DNA of 28,819 nucleotides from Escherichia coli (GTDB lineage Bacteria; Pseudomonadota; Gammaproteobacteria; Enterobacterales; Enterobacteriaceae): NCBI RefSeq assembly GCF_003334315.1, contig NZ_QOWR01000060.1; one strand, 5' to 3'. Shown piece by piece: positions 9,392 to 19,142 of this stretch (position 1 is its first letter; each line of letters starts with the position of its first letter). The notes under the pieces were generated by a model. It saw only the letters and a program-made list of their open reading frames with translations, ran no database searches and was not told where the DNA came from. The position numbers and the translations under genes were made by a program.

Positions 9392-10753
9392 GTGGAAAAA
9401 GAAAATATCACCCTCGATCCGCGTTCTTCATTTACTCCATCTTCGTCGGCAGATATTCCCGTGCCACCAGATGGATTAGTTCAACGCAGTACCCGAATTA
9501 AACGCATTCAAACCACCGCCATGTTGTTATTATTTTTTGCGGCGGTAATCAATTATCTCGACCGCAGTTCGCTGTCGGTAGCAAATTTAACGATTCGTGA
9601 AGAATTGGGATTAAGTGCCACCGAAATCGGCGCTTTGCTCTCCGTGTTTTCACTCGCTTACGGGATTGCGCAACTTCCTTGCGGCCCACTATTGGATCGT
9701 AAAGGCCCACGCCTGATGCTGGGACTGGGGATGTTCTTCTGGTCACTGTTCCAGGCAATGTCTGGCATGGTGCACAGCTTTACGCAGTTCGTGTTGGTGC
9801 GTATCGGTATGGGGATTGGTGAAGCGCCGATGAACCCATGCGGTGTAAAAGTCATTAACGACTGGTTCAACATCAAAGAGCGCGGACGCCCGATGGGCTT
9901 CTTCAACGCAGCTTCTACCATTGGCGTTGCCGTAAGCCCACCGATTCTGGCGGCGATGATGCTGGTGATGGGCTGGCGCGGGATGTTTATTACCATTGAT
10001 GTACTGGGGATTTTTCTCGCCATCGGCTGGTATATGCTCTATCGCAACCGCGAGCACGTAGAACTGACTGCCGTTGAACAAGCTTATCTCAATGCAGGTA
10101 GCGTCAATGCCCGCCGAGATCCGCTCAGTTTTGCCGAATGGCGCAGCCTGTTCCGTAACCGTACAATGTGGGGAATGATGCTCGGATTCAGTGGCATCAA
10201 CTACACTGCGTGGCTGTATCTGGCCTGGCTTCCTGGTTACCTGCAAACAGCCTATAACCTGGATTTAAAAAGCACAGGGTTGATGGCGGCTATCCCTTTC
10301 CTGTTTGGGGCTGCCGGGATGCTGGTCAACGGTTACGTTACTGACTGGCTGGTCAAAGGGGGAATGGCTCCGATTAAAAGCCGTAAGATCTGCATTATTG
10401 CCGGGATGTTCTGTTCTGCCGCCTTTACGCTGATAGTACCACAAGCGACAACATCCATGACGGCGGTTCTGCTGATTGGCATGGCACTGTTCTGTATTCA
10501 CTTTGCCGGAACATCCTGCTGGGGCTTGATCCACGTCGCAGTTGCTTCTCGCATGACTGCGTCGGTGGGCAGTATCCAGAACTTTGCCAGCTTCATCTGC
10601 GCCTCTTTTGCGCCGATCATTACTGGTTTTATTGTTGATACCACCCACTCATTCCGTCTGGCACTAATCATCTGCGGTTGCGTCACCGCAGCGGGGGCAC
10701 TGGCGTACATCTTCCTGGTTCGTCAGCCGATCAACGACCCACGTAAAGATTAA
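9392..10753 (+). CDS. lgoT: LgoT (YjiZ), MFS L-galactonate:H+ symporter
   Basis: 453-aa ORF with a GTG start (MEKENITLDPRSS...) and multiple transmembrane segments. Confidence 0.9.
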   Translation: MEKENITLDPRSSFTPSSSADIPVPPDGLVQRSTRIKRIQTTAMLLLFFAAVINYLDRSSLSVANLTIREELGLSATEIGALLSVFSLAYGIAQLPCGPLLDRKGPRLMLGLGMFFWSLFQAMSGMVHSFTQFVLVRIGMGIGEAPMNPCGVKVINDWFNIKERGRPMGFFNAASTIGVAVSPPILAAMMLVMGWRGMFITIDVLGIFLAIGWYMLYRNREHVELTAVEQAYLNAGSVNARRDPLSFAEWRSLFRNRTMWGMMLGFSGINYTAWLYLAWLPGYLQTAYNLDLKSTGLMAAIPFLFGAAGMLVNGYVTDWLVKGGMAPIKSRKICIIAGMFCSAAFTLIVPQATTSMTAVLLIGMALFCIHFAGTSCWGLIHVAVASRMTASVGSIQNFASFICASFAPIITGFIVDTTHSFRLALIICGCVTAAGALAYIFLVRQPINDPRKD

Positions 10754-10760
10754 TCTCCTT

Positions 10761-10794
10761 ATGCCCGATAACATTTTGCTTATCGGGCATTTTC
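10761..10794 (+). terminator. Hairpin terminator after lgoT, possibly shared with convergent tsr
   Basis: ATGCCCGATAA-cattttgc-TTATCGGGCAT followed by a T-rich tail, sitting between the convergent stop codons of lgoT (10753) and tsr (10802). Confidence 0.6.
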
Positions 10795-10801
10795 ATGGCG
10801 A

Positions 10802-12466
10802 TTAAAATGTTTCCCAGTTCTCCTCGCTATCTGCCACGGCCATTTTACGCGGCGCAGCTGGCGTCACGGTTTTTACCACAGCCGATGTTTCACGCTGCTG
10901 TTGCTGCTGTTGCTGAATCCGGAACACTGCCACAGCTTCGGTCAAGCGACTGGCCTGCTCTTCCAGCGCGGCGGCGGCAGCGGCAGATTCTTCCACCAGC
11001 GCGGCGTTCTGTTGAGTTACCCGGTCCATCTCAGCAACCGCTAAGCCAACCTGATCGATACCACGGCTCTGCTCATCAGAAGCAGAAGCAATTTCGCCCA
11101 TAATGTCCGTCACGCGGGTCACGGCGCTGACAATCTCCGCCATTGTTTCCCCGGCGCTTTCGACCAGCGTAGAGCCAACATCCACTTTCCCCACCGAGTC
11201 TTCAATCAGGCTTTTAATTTCACGAGCCGCCTGAGCGCTACGCTGGGCCAGATTACGCACTTCTCCCGCAACCACCGCAAAACCGCGCCCTTGCTCACCC
11301 GCACGCGCTGCTTCAACCGCCGCGTTCAAAGCCAGAATATTGGTCTGGAAGGCAATGCCGTCAATTACGCTGATAATATCGGCGATTTTCTGCGAACTGG
11401 TGGAGATATCGCGCATAGTCTGCACCACGTTATCTACCACTTTGCCGCCGCGTTGCGCCGTTTCAGAAGCACTTAATGCCAGATGGCTGGCCTGGCGCGC
11501 ATTCTCGGCGTTCTGTTTCACCGTTGCGGTCAGTTGCTCCATGCTGGCTGCCGTCTCTTCCAGCGAAGCGGCCTGTTGCTCGGTGCGCGAAGAGAGATCG
11601 TTATTGCCGGTAGCGATTTCGCTGGCACCGCTATAGATGGCATTGGCCCCGTTGCGCACATCACCGACGGTACGCATCAGCTCTCCCTGCATATGGCGCA
11701 AACTCTCTGCCAGTTGCCCCATCTCATTAGAGCCATCCACCTCAATCGGTTTCACCAGATCGCCGCCTGCAATATGACGGATGCTGTCAATCAGGCGATT
11801 CATTGGCGCTACCAGCGAGGCTTTAATACCGAACCAGACGGCGAAGATGACCGCCAGTACGACGATCATCACGCCCACCAGAATCCACATCGCCTGGCTG
11901 TAGGAGGCATTGTTATCGCTGACGGCGATATCATAGAGCCGATCGTTTTGCTCCATGTAAGCCACATACTGCTTCTCGAAACCGTCCTGATATCCCTGGG
12001 TCGGCTGATCAAAGAACTCGTTGATTTTGCCTGCACCTAACAGTTGGATCAGCTCCGCCAGCGCATTGTGATAAATATCGTAATTACGTTTGATCTCTGC
12101 CGCTGCGGCGGTGCTCTGACGCGGGTCACGCGGCAACGCTTCGTAATCCGCCCAGTTTTTTTCCGCCTGTTTCAGCGAAATACTGGCACTCTGCATCAGC
12201 TCAGCAACGGTTGAACCGCTACCAATATTGTTCTGATCCATCATGTAGCGGATACCCGCGCGGTTGAGGGTGTTACGCGTCTGCAACAACGCGACCCAGC
12301 TGCCATTCAGCGTGGATTGCTGCTGGCGAATGGTTTGTAAAACAGTGAAATTTTCTTTGTCATTCTTTAAGGCATTAAAGAACAGACCGCCTGATGTCAG
12401 TTGTAAAAGGCCAAAAACGGCCAAAACCAGCAGTAAGCTGGTCACAATTTTGATACGTTTTAACAT
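10802..12466 (-). CDS. tsr: Tsr, serine-sensing methyl-accepting chemotaxis protein I, with a 7-glutamine tract in the C-terminal linker
   Basis: 554 aa; HAMP and methyl-accepting signalling domains; C-terminal NWETF pentapeptide; poly-[12 protein letters not shown] encoded by the CAG/CAA repeat at 10894..10914. Confidence 0.95.
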   Translation of the reverse strand: MLKRIKIVTSLLLVLAVFGLLQLTSGGLFFNALKNDKENFTVLQTIRQQQSTLNGSWVALLQTRNTLNRAGIRYMMDQNNIGSGSTVAELMQSASISLKQAEKNWADYEALPRDPRQSTAAAAEIKRNYDIYHNALAELIQLLGAGKINEFFDQPTQGYQDGFEKQYVAYMEQNDRLYDIAVSDNNASYSQAMWILVGVMIVVLAVIFAVWFGIKASLVAPMNRLIDSIRHIAGGDLVKPIEVDGSNEMGQLAESLRHMQGELMRTVGDVRNGANAIYSGASEIATGNNDLSSRTEQQAASLEETAASMEQLTATVKQNAENARQASHLALSASETAQRGGKVVDNVVQTMRDISTSSQKIADIISVIDGIAFQTNILALNAAVEAARAGEQGRGFAVVAGEVRNLAQRSAQAAREIKSLIEDSVGKVDVGSTLVESAGETMAEIVSAVTRVTDIMGEIASASDEQSRGIDQVGLAVAEMDRVTQQNAALVEESAAAAAALEEQASRLTEAVAVFRIQQQQQQQRETSAVVKTVTPAAPRKMAVADSEENWETF

Positions 12467-12496
12467 GGTTTCTCTTTCCTGTGGACCGATGCAAGA

Positions 12497-12523
12497 TTTT
12501 CGGCCTGGAAAGCAAAAACTTTA
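12497..12523 (-). promoter_or_regulatory. Sigma-28 (FliA) class III promoter of tsr
   Basis: The minus strand reads TAAAGTTT-N11-GCCGAAAA, a near-perfect match to the FliA consensus TAAAGTTT-N11-GCCGATAA, about 30 bp upstream of the tsr ATG. Confidence 0.85.
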
Positions 12524-12550
12524 TGAAAAGGTGTAACCCGCTATCCATGG

Positions 12551-12568
12551 AAAAACCAGGCGCTGGTT
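12551..12568 (-). terminator. Rho-independent terminator of hpaR
   Basis: The minus strand reads AACCAG-cgc-CTGGTT followed by TTTTT, 17 bp downstream of the hpaR stop. Confidence 0.65.
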
Positions 12569-12584
12569 ATCAGATACTAAAAAG

Positions 12585-13031
12585 TTATTCATTATCGCCC
12601 GGGATGTCTTCTTGTCGGGAATTACCCAGAGCAATAAATTCCTCTAACAGATGGGTTAACTGTTGCATTTTCTCGGCAGTAAACTGAGCTTCAATCTGCC
12701 GATAGGCTTCTTCAATCTGTGTCTGAGCGCGGTTATACAGCGCCTGCCCCTCTTTGGTCAGCGAGATATAGAGCTTCCGCTGATCATTGATCGGCTTTAA
12801 TCGCAACACTAAACCGTCGCGTTCCATCCGCGTAAGGATCCCGGTCAGGCTTGGGCGCAAAATGCAGGCGCGATACGCCAGATCGTGAAAATCCATTGAT
12901 GGGCTTTCCGCCAGAATACGCACGATGCGCCACTGTTGCTCAGTCAAATTATGCCGTTTAACGATTGGGCGAAAATAACTCATCGCCGCTTCTCGCGCCT
13001 GGAGCAACGCAATGGTTAGAGAGTCGTGCAT
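12585..13031 (-). CDS. hpaR: HpaR, MarR-family repressor of the homoprotocatechuate (hpa) meta-cleavage operon
   Basis: ORF 12585..13112; start at the internal ATG (MHDSLTIALLQAREAAMSYF...), about 148 aa; MarR-type winged helix; divergent from hpaG. Confidence 0.9.
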   Translation of the reverse strand: MHDSLTIALLQAREAAMSYFRPIVKRHNLTEQQWRIVRILAESPSMDFHDLAYRACILRPSLTGILTRMERDGLVLRLKPINDQRKLYISLTKEGQALYNRAQTQIEEAYRQIEAQFTAEKMQQLTHLLEEFIALGNSRQEDIPGDNE

Positions 13032-13302
13032 TATCTTTCCCCTGAAAAATTCAAAATCATTAATATAGAAACAGTTAATCATCACGTTACCGTGACTGCG
13101 CTGCCCCTGCAATTCTTCATTTTATCAAAATTGAGCATATTTTGTTAACTTGATGATATTTAATATTTTATTATCTTTAAATGTAAATAGTTTGTTAATT
13201 AGATCACATTTACATCACTTACTTTTGCCAAACTACGCAATCGGGAATAAAAGTAATCATTAACATATTAATGATTAAGATGATCGAATCCGAGGAGTGG
13301 TA
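13032..13302. promoter_or_regulatory. hpaR / hpaG divergent promoter region with three palindromes (candidate HpaR operators)
   Basis: AT-rich. Perfect inverted repeat TAATCATTA-acatat-TAATGATTA at 13254..13277, just upstream of the hpaG SD; TGTAAAT...ATTTACA at 13182..13214; TCACG-ttac-CGTGA at 13082..13095. Confidence 0.6.
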
Positions 13303-14592
13303 ATGAAAGGCACTATCTTCGCCGTAGCGTTGAACCATCGCAGCCAACTTGATGCATGGCAGGAAGCGTTCCAGCAATCCCCCTACAAAGCCCCGCCTAA
13401 AACTGCGGTCTGGTTTATTAAACCGCGCAATACGGTGATTGGTTGCGGTGAACCGATTCCCTTTCCACAGGGTGAAAAGGTACTGAGCGGTGCGACTGTT
13501 GCGCTGATTGTGGGAAAAACGGCGACGAAAGTACGTGAAGAAGATGCGGCAGAGTACATCGCCGGATATGCGCTGGCTAACGACGTCAGCCTGCCGGAAG
13601 AGAGCTTTTACCGCCCGGCAATCAAAGCAAAATGTCGTGATGGATTCTGCCCCATTGGCGAAACCGTGGCTCTCAGCAATGTCGATAATCTGACCATCTA
13701 TACCGAGATCAACGGGCGTCCTGCCGATCACTGGAATACCGCCGATTTACAACGTAACGCCGCGCAGTTGCTGAGCGCCCTGAGCGAATTTGCCACGCTG
13801 AATCCAGGCGACGCCATTCTGCTCGGCACGCCACAGGCGCGCGTGGAAATACAGCCAGGCGATCGCGTTCGTGTTCTCGCAGAAGGTTTCCCGCCGCTGG
13901 AAAATCCGGTAGTGGACGAACGTGAAGTGACCACGCGCAAGAGCTTCCCAACGCAGCCACACCCGCACGGCACGCTGTTTGCCCTCGGCCTGAACTACGC
14001 CGACCACGCCAGCGAACTGGAATTTAAGCCACCGGAAGAACCGCTGGTGTTCCTGAAAGCGCCAAATACCCTCACTGGCGATAACCAGACCTCCGTGCGT
14101 CCAAACAATATTGAATACATGCACTATGAAGCGGAGCTGGTGGTAGTTATTGGCAAACAGGCGCGTAACGTCAGCGAAGCCGATGCCATGGATTATGTCG
14201 CGGGCTACACCGTGTGTAACGACTACGCCATTCGTGACTATCTGGAAAACTACTACCGCCCTAACCTGCGGGTAAAAAGCCGCGACGGACTGACGCCGAT
14301 GCTTTCAACCATCGTGCCGAAAGAGGCGATCCCGGACCCGCATAATCTGACCCTTCGCACCTTCGTCAACGGCGAGTTACGCCAGCAAGGCACCACCGCC
14401 GATCTGATCTTCAGCGTGCCCTTCCTGATCGCCTACTTAAGCGAATTTATGACCCTGAATCCGGGCGACATGATCGCCACCGGCACACCAAAAGGCTTAT
14501 CTGACGTGGTGCCTGGCGATGAAGTAGTGGTGGAAGTAGAAGGCGTGGGCTGCCTGGTGAACCGAATTGTGAGTGAGGAAACAGCGAAATGA
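13303..14592 (+). CDS. hpaG: HpaG, bifunctional 5-oxopent-3-ene-1,2,5-tricarboxylate decarboxylase / 2-hydroxyhepta-2,4-diene-1,7-dioate isomerase (tandem FAH-fold domains)
   Basis: 429 aa (MKGTIFAVALNHRSQLDAWQ...); internal duplication of a fumarylacetoacetate-hydrolase-like domain; first gene of the meta operon. Confidence 0.92.
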   Translation: MKGTIFAVALNHRSQLDAWQEAFQQSPYKAPPKTAVWFIKPRNTVIGCGEPIPFPQGEKVLSGATVALIVGKTATKVREEDAAEYIAGYALANDVSLPEESFYRPAIKAKCRDGFCPIGETVALSNVDNLTIYTEINGRPADHWNTADLQRNAAQLLSALSEFATLNPGDAILLGTPQARVEIQPGDRVRVLAEGFPPLENPVVDEREVTTRKSFPTQPHPHGTLFALGLNYADHASELEFKPPEEPLVFLKAPNTLTGDNQTSVRPNNIEYMHYEAELVVVIGKQARNVSEADAMDYVAGYTVCNDYAIRDYLENYYRPNLRVKSRDGLTPMLSTIVPKEAIPDPHNLTLRTFVNGELRQQGTTADLIFSVPFLIAYLSEFMTLNPGDMIATGTPKGLSDVVPGDEVVVEVEGVGCLVNRIVSEETAK

Positions 14593-16055
14593 AAAAAGTA
14601 AATCATTGGATCAACGGCAAAAATGTTGCAGGTAACGACTACTTCCAGACCACCAATCCGGCAACGGGTGAAGTGCTGGCGGATGTGGCCTCTGGCGGTG
14701 AAGCGGAGATCAATCAGGCGGTAGCGGCAGCGAAAGAGGCGTTCCCGAAATGGGCCAATCTGCCAATGAAAGAGCGTGCGCGCCTGATGCGCCGTCTGGG
14801 CGATCTGATCGACCAGAACGTGCCAGAGATCGCCGCGATGGAAACCGCGGACACCGGCCTGCCGATCCATCAGACCAAAAATGTGTTGATCCCACGCGCT
14901 TCCCACAACTTTGAATTTTTCGCGGAAGTCTGCCAGCAGATGAACGGCAAGACCTATCCGGTTGACGACAAGATGCTCAACTACACGCTGGTGCAGCCGG
15001 TGGGCGTTTGTGCGCTGGTATCGCCGTGGAACGTACCGTTTATGACCGCCACCTGGAAGGTCGCGCCGTGTCTGGCGCTGGGCAATACCGCGGTACTGAA
15101 AATGTCGGAACTCTCCCCGCTGACCGCTGACCGCCTGGGTGAGCTGGCGCTGGAAGCTGGTATTCCGGCGGGCGTGCTGAACGTGGTACAGGGCTACGGC
15201 GCAACCGCAGGCGATGCGCTGGTCCGTCATCATGACGTGCGTGCCGTGTCGTTCACCGGCGGTACGGCGACCGGGCGCAACATCATGAAAAACGCCGGGC
15301 TGAAAAAATACTCCATGGAACTGGGCGGTAAATCGCCGGTGCTGATTTTTGAAGATGCTGATATTGAACGCGCGCTGGACGCCGCCCTGTTCACCATCTT
15401 CTCGATCAACGGCGAACGCTGCACCGCCGGTTCGCGCATCTTTATTCAGCAAAGCATCTACCCGGAATTCGTTAAACGCTTTGCCGAACGCGCCAACCGT
15501 CTGCGCGTGGGCGATCCGAACGATCCGAATACCCAGGTTGGCGCGCTTATTAGCCAACAGCACTGGGAAAAAGTCTCCGGCTATATCCGTCTCGGCATTG
15601 AAGAAGGCGCAACCCTGCTGGCGGGCGGCCCGGATAAACCGTCCGACCTGCCTGCGCACCTGAAAGGCGGCAACTTCCTGCGCCCAACCGTGCTGGCAGA
15701 CGTTGATAACCGTATGCGAGTCGCCCAGGAAGAGATTTTCGGGCCGGTCGCCTGCCTGCTGCCGTTTAAAGACGAAGCCGAAGGCTTACGTCTGGCAAAC
15801 GACGTGGAGTACGGCCTCGCGTCGTACATCTGGACACAGGATGTCAGCAAAGTGTTACGCCTGGCGCGTGGCATTGAAGCTGGCATGGTGTTCGTCAACA
15901 CCCAGAACGTGCGTGACCTGCGCCAGCCATTTGGCGGCGTAAAAGCCTCCGGCACCGGGCGTGAAGGCGGTGAGTACAGCTTCGAAGTGTTCGCGGAAAT
16001 GAAGAACGTCTGCATTTCCATGGGCGACCATCCAATTCCGAAATGGGGAGTCTGA
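14589..16055 (+). CDS. hpaE: HpaE, 5-carboxymethyl-2-hydroxymuconate semialdehyde dehydrogenase (NAD-dependent aldehyde dehydrogenase)
   Basis: 488 aa; ATGA start/stop overlap with hpaG; aldehyde dehydrogenase motifs including the catalytic Cys in ERCTAGSR. Confidence 0.93.
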   Translation: MKKVNHWINGKNVAGNDYFQTTNPATGEVLADVASGGEAEINQAVAAAKEAFPKWANLPMKERARLMRRLGDLIDQNVPEIAAMETADTGLPIHQTKNVLIPRASHNFEFFAEVCQQMNGKTYPVDDKMLNYTLVQPVGVCALVSPWNVPFMTATWKVAPCLALGNTAVLKMSELSPLTADRLGELALEAGIPAGVLNVVQGYGATAGDALVRHHDVRAVSFTGGTATGRNIMKNAGLKKYSMELGGKSPVLIFEDADIERALDAALFTIFSINGERCTAGSRIFIQQSIYPEFVKRFAERANRLRVGDPNDPNTQVGALISQQHWEKVSGYIRLGIEEGATLLAGGPDKPSDLPAHLKGGNFLRPTVLADVDNRMRVAQEEIFGPVACLLPFKDEAEGLRLANDVEYGLASYIWTQDVSKVLRLARGIEAGMVFVNTQNVRDLRQPFGGVKASGTGREGGEYSFEVFAEMKNVCISMGDHPIPKWGV

Positions 16056-16056
16056 T

Positions 16057-16908
16057 ATGGGTAAGTTAGCGTTAGCCGCCAAGATCACGCACGTACCGTC
16101 GATGTATCTCTCTGAACTGCCAGGAAAAAACCACGGTTGCCGCCAGGGCGCGATCGACGGGCATAAAGAGATCAGCAAGCGTTGCCGGGAAATGGGCGTC
16201 GATACCATTATTGTTTTCGATACTCACTGGCTGGTCAACAGTGCTTATCACATCAACTGTGCAGACCATTTTGAAGGCGTCTACACCAGCAACGAGCTGC
16301 CGCATTTTATTCGTGACATGACCTACAACTACGAGGGCAACCCGGAGTTGGGGCAGCTTATTGCCGATGAAGCCTTAAAGCTCGGCGTGCGGGCAAAAGC
16401 GCACAACATTCCCAGCCTGAAACTGGAATACGGCACGCTGGTGCCGATGCGCTACATGAATGAAGACAAGCACTTCAAAGTGGTCTCCATTTCGGCTTTC
16501 TGCACGGTTCACGATTTTGCCGACAGCCGCAAGCTGGGCGAAGCGATTCTGAAAGCGATCGAACAGTACGACGGCACCGTGGCGGTCCTTGCCAGCGGTT
16601 CGTTATCGCACCGCTTTATTGACGATCAGCGTGCGGAAGAAGGGATGAACAGCTACACCCGCGAGTTCGACCGCCAGATGGACGAGCGCGTGGTGAAGTT
16701 GTGGCGCGAAGGCCAGTTCAAAGAGTTCTGCAATATGCTGCCGGAGTACGCCGACTACTGCTACGGCGAAGGCAATATGCACGACACGGTGATGCTGCTG
16801 GGGATGCTCGGCTGGGATAAATACGACGGCAAGGTGGAGTTTATCACCGAGCTATTCCCAAGCTCTGGCACCGGTCAGGTTAACGCTGTTTTCCCGCTTC
16901 CCGCGTAA
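16057..16908 (+). CDS. hpaD: HpaD, 3,4-dihydroxyphenylacetate (homoprotocatechuate) 2,3-dioxygenase, extradiol type
   Basis: 283 aa (MGKLALAAKITHVPSMYLSELPG...); position within the operon. Confidence 0.9.
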   Translation: MGKLALAAKITHVPSMYLSELPGKNHGCRQGAIDGHKEISKRCREMGVDTIIVFDTHWLVNSAYHINCADHFEGVYTSNELPHFIRDMTYNYEGNPELGQLIADEALKLGVRAKAHNIPSLKLEYGTLVPMRYMNEDKHFKVVSISAFCTVHDFADSRKLGEAILKAIEQYDGTVAVLASGSLSHRFIDDQRAEEGMNSYTREFDRQMDERVVKLWREGQFKEFCNMLPEYADYCYGEGNMHDTVMLLGMLGWDKYDGKVEFITELFPSSGTGQVNAVFPLPA

Positions 16909-16917
16909 GGAACCACC

Positions 16918-17298
16918 ATGCCGCACTTTATCGTGGAATGTACTGAAAATATTCGTCAAGAAGCCCGCTTACCTGAGCTGTTTGCCAGTGTTAACACTGC
17001 ACTGGCGGCGACGGGGATTTTTCCGCTTGGGGGAATACGTAGCCGGGCGCACTGGATCGATACCTGGCAAATGGCTGATGGCAAGCACGATTACGCCTTT
17101 GTGCATATGACGCTAAAAATCGGCAGCGGGCGCAGCCTGGAAAGCCGTCAGGAAGTGGGCGAAATGCTGTTTGATCTGATTAAAACGCACTTCGCCTCAC
17201 TGATGGAGAGCCGTTACCTGGCGCTTTCATTTGAGATTGCAGAGCTGCACCCGACGCTGAATTTTAAACAAAACAACGTGCACGCGTTGTTTAAATAA
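16918..17298 (+). CDS. hpaF: HpaF, 5-carboxymethyl-2-hydroxymuconate delta-isomerase
   Basis: 126 aa ([22 protein letters not shown]...); tautomerase-like with N-terminal Pro. Confidence 0.9.
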   Translation: MPHFIVECTENIRQEARLPELFASVNTALAATGIFPLGGIRSRAHWIDTWQMADGKHDYAFVHMTLKIGSGRSLESRQEVGEMLFDLIKTHFASLMESRYLALSFEIAELHPTLNFKQNNVHALFK

Positions 17299-17314
17299 AT
17301 TTGCACCAGCTTCC

Positions 17315-17348
17315 AGGCCGGATGATAAGGCGCAGCCGCATCCGGCAA
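17315..17348. repeat. REP (repetitive extragenic palindrome) unit between hpaF and hpaH
   Basis: AGGCCGGATGATAAGGCGCAGCCGCATCCGGCAATG matches the E. coli REP core (GCCGGATG...CATCCGGC). Confidence 0.8.
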
Positions 17349-17365
17349 TGCCACAGGATATCGCT

Positions 17366-18169
17366 ATGTTCGATAAACACACCCACACCCTGATCGCCCA
17401 GCGTCTGGATCAGGCAGAAAAACAGCGCGAACAGATCCGCGCGATCTCCCTGGATTACCCGGAGATCACCATCGAAGACGCTTACGCGGTGCAGCGTGAA
17501 TGGGTCCGACTGAAAATCGCCGAAGGCCGTACGCTGAAAGGCCACAAAATCGGTCTGACCTCGAAAGCGATGCAGGCCAGCTCACAAATCAGCGAACCAG
17601 ATTACGGTGCATTGCTGGACGACATGTTCTTCCACGATGGCAGCGATATCCCGACCGATCGCTTTATCGTGCCGCGCATTGAAGTGGAGCTAGCTTTCGT
17701 GCTGGCAAAACCGCTGCGTGGGCCAAACTGCACGCTGTTCGACGTCTACAACGCCACGGACTACGTGATCCCGGCGCTGGAGCTGATCGACGCTCGCTGC
17801 CACAACATCGATCCGGAAACCCAGCGCCCGCGCAAAGTGTTCGACACCATTTCTGATAACGCCGCCAACGCCGGAGTGATCCTCGGCGGTCGTCCGATCA
17901 AACCAGACGAACTGGATCTGCGTTGGATCTCCGCCCTGATGTATCGCAATGGCGTGATTGAAGAAACCGGCGTCGCCGCTGGCGTGCTAAATCATCCGGC
18001 AAACGGCGTGGCCTGGCTGGCGAACAAACTCGCACCGTATGACGTACAACTGGAAGCCGGGCAAATCATTCTCGGCGGTTCGTTCACCCGCCCGGTTCCG
18101 GCGCGTAAGGGCGACACCTTCCACGTCGATTACGGCAACATGGGCTCCATTAGCTGCCGCTTTGTTTAA
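17366..18169 (+). CDS. hpaH: HpaH, 2-oxo-hept-3(4)-ene-1,7-dioate hydratase
   Basis: ORF 17348..18169; start at the internal ATG ([19 protein letters not shown]...), 267 aa. Confidence 0.9.
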   Translation: MFDKHTHTLIAQRLDQAEKQREQIRAISLDYPEITIEDAYAVQREWVRLKIAEGRTLKGHKIGLTSKAMQASSQISEPDYGALLDDMFFHDGSDIPTDRFIVPRIEVELAFVLAKPLRGPNCTLFDVYNATDYVIPALELIDARCHNIDPETQRPRKVFDTISDNAANAGVILGGRPIKPDELDLRWISALMYRNGVIEETGVAAGVLNHPANGVAWLANKLAPYDVQLEAGQIILGGSFTRPVPARKGDTFHVDYGNMGSISCRFV

Positions 18170-18179
18170 GGAGAGAACG

Positions 18180-18968
18180 ATGGAAAACAGTTTTAAAGCG
18201 GCGCTGAAAGCAGGCCGTCCGCAGATTGGATTATGGCTGGGGCTGAGCAGCAGCTACAGCGCGGAGTTACTGGCCGGAGCAGGATTCGACTGGTTGTTGA
18301 TCGACGGTGAGCACGCGCCGAATAACGTGCAAACCGTGCTCACCCAGCTACAGGCGATTGCGCCCTACCCCAGCCAGCCGGTAGTACGTCCGTCGTGGAA
18401 CGATCCGGTGCAAATCAAACAACTGCTGGACGTCGGCACACAAACCTTACTGGTGCCGATGGTTCAAAACGCTGACGAAGCCCGTGAAGCGGTACGCGCC
18501 ACCCGTTATCCCCCCGCCGGTATTCGCGGTGTGGGCAGTGCGCTGGCCCGCGCCTCGCGCTGGAATCGTATTCCTGATTACCTGCAAAAAGCCAACGATC
18601 AAATGTGCGTGCTGGTGCAGATCGAAACGCGTGAGGCAATGAAGAACTTACCGCAGCTTCTGGACGTGGAAGGGGTCGACGGCGTGTTTATCGGCCCGGC
18701 GGATCTGAGCGCCGATATGGGTTATGCCGGTAATCCACAGCACCCGGAAGTACAGGCCGCGATTGAGCAGGCGATCGTGCAGATCCACGAAGCGGGCAAA
18801 GCGCCGGGGATCCTGATCGCCAATGAGCAACTGGCAAAACGCTATCTGGAACTGGGCGCGCTGTTTGTCGCCGTCGGCGTTGACACCACCCTGCTCGCCC
18901 GCGCCGCTGAAGCGCTGGCAGCACGGTTTGGCGCACAGGCCACGACCGTTAAGCCCGGCGTGTATTAA
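18180..18968 (+). CDS. hpaI: HpaI, 4-hydroxy-2-oxoheptane-1,7-dioate (2,4-dihydroxyhept-2-ene-1,7-dioate) aldolase, class II
   Basis: ORF 18039..18968; start at the internal ATG with SD ([21 protein letters not shown]...), 262 aa. Confidence 0.9.
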   Translation: MENSFKAALKAGRPQIGLWLGLSSSYSAELLAGAGFDWLLIDGEHAPNNVQTVLTQLQAIAPYPSQPVVRPSWNDPVQIKQLLDVGTQTLLVPMVQNADEAREAVRATRYPPAGIRGVGSALARASRWNRIPDYLQKANDQMCVLVQIETREAMKNLPQLLDVEGVDGVFIGPADLSADMGYAGNPQHPEVQAAIEQAIVQIHEAGKAPGILIANEQLAKRYLELGALFVAVGVDTTLLARAAEALAARFGAQATTVKPGVY

Positions 18969-18969
18969 T

Positions 18970-19096
<127 letters not shown>

Positions 19097-19142
19097 CATA
19101 AACCTTGTCGTACCCTACAAAAATCCCATTAGAGGAAGAAAA

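Noticed and set aside
10795-11103. 102-aa + strand ORF overlapping the 3' end of tsr
   Set aside because: Antisense to the conserved Tsr C-terminus; Pro/Ala/Arg-rich low-complexity translation; begins inside the lgoT/tsr terminator hairpin.
14433-15659. 408-aa minus-strand ORF antisense to hpaE
   Set aside because: Lies entirely within a well-supported + strand gene. Its Arg/His/Gln/Gly-rich, low-complexity composition is typical of a spurious antisense frame in GC-rich coding DNA, and it has no independent ribosome-binding site.
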